Shown here: positions 63,046-63,448 of the stretch, piece by piece
Layout: each line of letters starts with the position of its first letter
Numbering within the stretch: the stretch's first letter is position 1
DNA from: Corallochytrium limacisporum Hawaii
Lineage: Eukaryota > Protista > Pluriformea
DNA length: 63,448 nucleotides
Reading direction: 5' to 3'
Assembly (NCBI GenBank): GCA_002811645.1
Contig: PDIP01000107.1
Span: 1 to 63,448 of the forward strand
Translations under genes and position numbers: made by a program
The notes under the pieces: generated by a model
Databases searched by the model: none
What the model was told of the DNA's origin: nothing
Seen by the model: the letters and a program-made list of their open reading frames with translations, nothing else

Positions 63046-63448
63046 CCCTCCTGCGAAACCAAACCACTGTTCACATTACAAGTCATCTGAAACTCTCCCC
63101 CCCCCCCAGCCTAACATCTTGTACTGGTGTGCGCACAGAAACAACAAAGCCGGTAATGGGGAAAAAAGGAAGAAACCAGGGGAAAATATTCGTCAGGTTA
63201 ACCCCCCCCGGGGGGGGGAACTTTTCATTTTTACTCCCCGCCACGGCTCCAGTTTTACCCTTTTTTTTCCCTTAAATCCCGGAACACCCCCCTTCGATCG
63301 GTCGCTTGCTCACGACATTAAATCCCCTTTACTCTACCATTGCACCCGGGCTGAATGTCCCATTACTCCCCTCTTCACCCCAGGCCCTTTGCATTTTCCT
63401 GGCTGTGTATTGCACGAGAGGCGCGGAGTTTCCCCCTCCTCCCCCCCC

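Overview
Eukaryotic nuclear DNA, gene-dense at about one gene per 3 kb and apparently intron-free: all ~20 recognisable genes, including 1139-aa UPF1 and 1859-aa RICTOR, are single uninterrupted ORFs in the standard code. The gene content points to a unicellular holozoan: an SH2+PDZ adaptor, glycogen phosphorylase with the animal Ser14-type RKQISxRG site, DECR1, SLC25A38, a CYS-3/MetR-like bZIP and a PHO80-type cyclin. The lack of introns and the gene density fit Corallochytrium-like genomes (inference, not verified). Convergent 3'-3' spacers are mostly very short (21-171 bp). Spacers containing gene 5' ends are longer and carry G/C homopolymers, very often as self-complementary C(n)G(n) blocks ~250-420 bp upstream of start codons. 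Most interesting candidates: (1) a C(n)G(n)-based promoter architecture plus an oriented AGGCCTACC motif; (2) SLC25A38 and DPH7 separated by only 51 nt, in frame and stop-free (candidate bicistron or readthrough fusion); (3) a truncated relic of the flagellar gene TTC25/ODAD4; (4) a small stand-alone protein combining a PP1 RVxF motif with two SPAK/OSR1-type RFxV motifs; (5) a KA1-like/PDZ/SH2 adaptor with three YxN sites; (6) a shared CAT-rich 3'UTR element. No tRNA, rRNA, CRISPR array or transposon was recognised. All family assignments come from motif recognition by eye; no searches were run.
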